Of a stretch of DNA of 64,000 nt, positions 60,458 through 64,000 are shown in pieces; the first letter of the stretch is position 1, and every line of letters starts with the position of its first letter. Made by a program: the position numbers and the translations under genes. This DNA comes from Leptospiraceae bacterium. GTDB taxonomy: Bacteria; Spirochaetota; Leptospiria; Leptospirales; Leptonemataceae. The stretch is from positions 32,001 to 96,000 of the forward strand of contig JAVJNR010000004.1 of NCBI GenBank assembly GCA_040217195.1, given 5' to 3'. The notes beneath the pieces were generated by a model. That model did no database searches and was not told the origin of the DNA. It saw only the letters and a list, made by a program, of their open reading frames with translations.

Positions 60458-62194
60458 TCAGGCTCCAGCTCGATTGAGCAAATGTCGCGCATGTTCCAGA
60501 GCCATTGTATCGCGACCACCACCCAGCATTCGAGCCATCTCCTGCATTCTGTGATCCCCTTGCAGCTTATCCAGCTTGCTGAAGGTCCGACCCTCCCGCA
60601 GAGTTTTAGAAATGCGAAAATGTCGATCTGCCAGACTGGCGATTTGATGCAGGTGAGTCACCACCAGAACCTGACTCTGGCTGGCCAGCAATTGGAGACG
60701 TTCCCCAATTGCACAGGCTACCTCTCCGCCCACACCTGTATCTATCTCATCAAAGATCACTGTGGGCACTGGATTTTGCTCCATGACTGTGGTCTTCAGT
60801 GCCAGCATAATACGGGAAAGTTCACCGCCGCTAGCAACCTTTCGAAGCGGCTGAAGCTGCTCCCCCCGGTTTGCACAGAAATAAAGCTCCACCCGATCCA
60901 AACCCTTTTCGGAGATTACATATTTTTCATTTTGTCCATCCGGGATCACTCTTTTCAGTGCTTCGCTGCCCTGGGACTTCTCCTTGAGTTCCCGGTTAAC
61001 CGTGACCTGAATGGTGGCTCCGGGCATGCCCAGATGAGACAACTCTTCTGCCAGTTTCTGTTCCAGAGTGCGAATCACGGACCGGCGCTTGACGGAAAGA
61101 TCTTCACTGGTCTCCAGGAGTTCTGCATCCACCACTTTCAATTCTGAGCGCAGTAGTTCCGTTTGCTCCTCACTCATCTCAATACTGGACAGCTCGGCCA
61201 GAAAGTCCTCAAGCGCAGACATTACGGTTGCCGTATTGCCTCCGTATTTCTTATGGAGTTTCCTATAACCGGATAGCCGCTCTTCCACGTCTTCCAGTCG
61301 TTCTGGACTGAATTGCATCCGGTCCTTTTCGCTGCGCAGAAATTCTGCCACCGCTTCCAGGCTGTACAGTGCATCCCTGAGATACTGAACATTGGCATCA
61401 ATGTCTGGATGAATGGAAGAATGCTTCTCAAGTATGGTTTCCAGTTTTTCAATTCCGCTCAGTACCGAAGGATCTTCTTCTTTTAATAGGTTATAACCGA
61501 GATAGAAATCCTGATACAGCCGGCCACTATTCTGGACCATGGCCTTTTCCTGCTCTAGCTGCTCGTATTCCTCCTCCCTGGGGCCAAAGGAATCGATCTC
61601 ATCGATGGCAAATCGTAGAAAATCCAATCGTCTTTGTTTTTCATGCTCTTCCATTTGCACGGATCGCAGCTTTCGACGAATCTCCATGGCTCTTCCATGA
61701 AGTGCAGAAACCCGGGATGCCAGGGATGAGGAACCGGCAAATAGATCTAGATAATCCAGATGAGTCTCCGGCTCCAGCAGCTTCTGATGATCATGCTGTC
61801 CATGCATTTCCACCAGCAGGGAAGTTAACCGGCGGAGCTCCGCCAGCTTGAGATTTTGACCGTTGGCTATTACCCTGCCCCGGCCCTCAGGAGAGATCTC
61901 CCTTCGAAGATTCAGATAGGGTCCCTCCGCCGGAATGCCCAGCTCCAGCATTGTTTCCGGCATCCCTTTATCCCCGGTTCCAGAGATATCGAAGATACCT
62001 TCCAGAATTGCTTTGCTGGCACCGTTTCTAACCAGGCCTCCGCCAGCCCGAGCGCCCAGAACACAGTCCAGCGCCTGCAGAATAAGGGACTTACCGGACC
62101 CAGTTTCACCGGTCAGTGCATTGAAACCCTGCTCGGGCCGAAAGCGTACCTCTTCCATGATTCCAAAGTTTTCTACTCGAAGCTCGATTAACAT
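60458..62194 (-). CDS. recN: DNA repair protein RecN
   Basis: LTGETGSGKS, HGQHDHQ, VASGGELSRIMLALK, FDEIDTGVGG, VTHL.QIAS. Confidence 0.96.
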   Translation of the reverse strand: MLIELRVENFGIMEEVRFRPEQGFNALTGETGSGKSLILQALDCVLGARAGGGLVRNGASKAILEGIFDISGTGDKGMPETMLELGIPAEGPYLNLRREISPEGRGRVIANGQNLKLAELRRLTSLLVEMHGQHDHQKLLEPETHLDYLDLFAGSSSLASRVSALHGRAMEIRRKLRSVQMEEHEKQRRLDFLRFAIDEIDSFGPREEEYEQLEQEKAMVQNSGRLYQDFYLGYNLLKEEDPSVLSGIEKLETILEKHSSIHPDIDANVQYLRDALYSLEAVAEFLRSEKDRMQFSPERLEDVEERLSGYRKLHKKYGGNTATVMSALEDFLAELSSIEMSEEQTELLRSELKVVDAELLETSEDLSVKRRSVIRTLEQKLAEELSHLGMPGATIQVTVNRELKEKSQGSEALKRVIPDGQNEKYVISEKGLDRVELYFCANRGEQLQPLRKVASGGELSRIMLALKTTVMEQNPVPTVIFDEIDTGVGGEVACAIGERLQLLASQSQVLVVTHLHQIASLADRHFRISKTLREGRTFSKLDKLQGDHRMQEMARMLGGGRDTMALEHARHLLNRAGA

Positions 62195-62273
62195 GACGCC
62201 TGTATAGTGCTATACAAATCTTACGCAATCATTTTTTAGCTAGTTATCCAAAAAAATAAAAGCTTCATTAGGA

Positions 62274-63260
62274 ATGAATCGACGCCAAAATCATTTCCCG
62301 AAGCCTGACGGAAGCATGGAGCGCGCACAGCGGAACCTTCGCTGGTTTCATCACATATCTCTGGGAGTCTGGATCCTGGCTCTAATTACCATGATCCTGG
62401 GCCCCTATGTAAGAGCCGAGAATGCAGGTCTTTCCTGTCCGGACTGGCCACTTTGCTTTGGCCATGTAGTCCCTCCCTACGAATACCGGGTCTATCTGGA
62501 ATTCATACATCGAGTTTTTGCCGGCGTACTGCTTGGGCCTTTGTTCATCGTCTGGCTTGTATTCTCCTGGGCGGACCGAAATCTAAGAAGCAAGTTTGGA
62601 CTATGGACTTTGCTGGCTGCCGGGGTTCTGGCAATACAGATCTTTCTTGGACGGCAGACTGTAACCATGCTGCTCAATCCATACATTGTAAAATCGCATC
62701 TACTGAATGCTTTGATACTTCTGGGCATCATGCTTCTGGTCTGGAGACGTTCCCGGGTGTGGATGAATACTGGAGAACTAAAGAGTGGTCCGGTAACCCT
62801 GCCGGTATTGCTGCATAGAATTCTGATTGTTGCATTATTGTTTCAAATCTATCTGGGTGGCCGGGTAAGCGCCAATGAGGCCGGCCTGGCATGCACTGCC
62901 TTTCCTGCATGCTACTCTATAGAAGATTCGGAAGGCGGCGAATCGGAATCGGTGTATTTTCCGCCCATGACCGGGCATACAGAAATGCATATCAGTCACA
63001 GACTGGGTGGATACGCTCTATTCCTGTATGTAATTGTTCTGACCTTAATCGGACGGGGCAGCTTTCGCTTCAGGCGAAATGCAACCTTTCTGGGTCTTCT
63101 TAGCTTTCAAATACTGCTGGGCGCCTTAAATGTACTCTACAGTTTGCCCGTTCCAATCACCGTTCTACATTCTGCCATGGCCATGGCTCTATTCATACTG
63201 GCCGTAATCACAACCATCGATACAAGAACAGGATATGGAGACTACAGAAAGCAGGCTTAA
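62274..63260 (+). CDS. ctaA: Heme A synthase (COX15/CtaA)
   Basis: GLSCPDWPLCFG, EFIHR, HLLNA, GLAC..FP.C, HRL, HS. Confidence 0.9.
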   Translation: MNRRQNHFPKPDGSMERAQRNLRWFHHISLGVWILALITMILGPYVRAENAGLSCPDWPLCFGHVVPPYEYRVYLEFIHRVFAGVLLGPLFIVWLVFSWADRNLRSKFGLWTLLAAGVLAIQIFLGRQTVTMLLNPYIVKSHLLNALILLGIMLLVWRRSRVWMNTGELKSGPVTLPVLLHRILIVALLFQIYLGGRVSANEAGLACTAFPACYSIEDSEGGESESVYFPPMTGHTEMHISHRLGGYALFLYVIVLTLIGRGSFRFRRNATFLGLLSFQILLGALNVLYSLPVPITVLHSAMAMALFILAVITTIDTRTGYGDYRKQA

Positions 63261-64000
63261 GCTTCTATATCAGCTGTTCAAGCCCGGGCTGGCCTTTTCA
63301 ATTGTTGTAACGGTAGTGCCGGCTTTGCTGCTAGAGGACAGGATTCCCTCCCTGTCATTGATATTCTATACACTTCTGGGCACCGGACTTTCTGCCATGG
63401 CCTCCTTCGCGTACAATCAGCTTCTGGAGCAGCATACAGATGCGAAGATGAAGCGAACTGCGAAGCGAGTTCTTCCGTCCGGAAAACTGGATCCTATTCT
63501 GGTTCATATAATCGGCTCCAGTTTATTGGGTGCCGGTATTCTGATCCTATTCATTAAATCCGGATGGCTGGCAGCCGCTCTTGCACTGTTTTCCTTTTTG
63601 TTCTATGTATTCATTTACACATTGCTGCTAAAACCTCATACGGAACACTCCACCGTTCTGGGAGGAATCTGCGGCGCAATCGGTCCGCTAATCGGCGAAG
63701 CGGCGCTACGAGGCACTATAACCCTGGAAGGATTTCTTCTATTCTTGCTGGTATTTCTATGGCAGCCTCCCCATTTCTGGGCACTGTCCATATTCAGACT
63801 GGATGATTACCGATCCGCCGGATTTCCTCTGCTTCCAGTAAAGCAAGGGATTCCGGTAACAGTGAATCAGATGATTTTCTATCAGGCATTGCTCGTCATA
63901 GCCATGGTGCTGGTATGGTTTCCTGCCAGTATTGGATCCTATTTTTACCTGGCACTGTCGGTTCCCTTTGGACTGTACATCCTGTTTAAGATGGCCCGGC
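63235..64000 (+). CDS. cyoE: Protoheme IX farnesyltransferase (runs off window)
   Basis: Manual translation from ATG 63235: NQLLEQHTDAKMKRTAKRVLPSG, YTLLLKP, FLWQPPHFWAL, DDYRSAGFPLLPV. Confidence 0.93.
   Translation, partial: METTESRLKLLYQLFKPGLAFSIVVTVVPALLLEDRIPSLSLIFYTLLGTGLSAMASFAYNQLLEQHTDAKMKRTAKRVLPSGKLDPILVHIIGSSLLGAGILILFIKSGWLAAALALFSFLFYVFIYTLLLKPHTEHSTVLGGICGAIGPLIGEAALRGTITLEGFLLFLLVFLWQPPHFWALSIFRLDDYRSAGFPLLPVKQGIPVTVNQMIFYQALLVIAMVLVWFPASIGSYFYLALSVPFGLYILFKMAR

Overview
Chromosomal window from a spirochete, most likely Leptospiraceae (FlaB starting [14 protein letters not shown], a FlaA-domain protein, many lipoproteins, LPS genes lpxK/msbA/lptD). About 57 kb is housekeeping: radA (partial), dnaB, rplI, ssb, rpsF, ybeY, 7TM-HD, phoH, aspS, trmB, a WcaJ-type transferase, lptD, xth, flaB, fliN, rdgB, comF, guaB, lpxK, msbA, bamA, recN, ctaA and cyoE (partial). 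rpsR is absent from its usual place between ssb and rplI. The accessory segment at about 5.5-12.2 kb looks like a decaying polymorphic-toxin island. It holds a start-less Hint domain fused to an alpha/beta-hydrolase-like C-terminus, a coupled putative immunity gene, and a second orphan homologue of that gene. The two immunity-like genes are separated by a 3.3-kb block bracketed by a 14-bp direct repeat; this block carries a frameshifted PIN toxin with its antitoxin, two broken XRE regulators, and a DUF6338-like membrane protein followed by an unannotated Pro/Arg-rich peptide. A ~48-bp double-hairpin element with compensatory base changes sits inside two different genes of the island. Two tandem-repeat arrays are present (40 bp; 64-65 bp REP-like). 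No rRNA, tRNA, CRISPR array, integrase or transposase was recognised. All family calls come from motif recognition by eye, not database searches.
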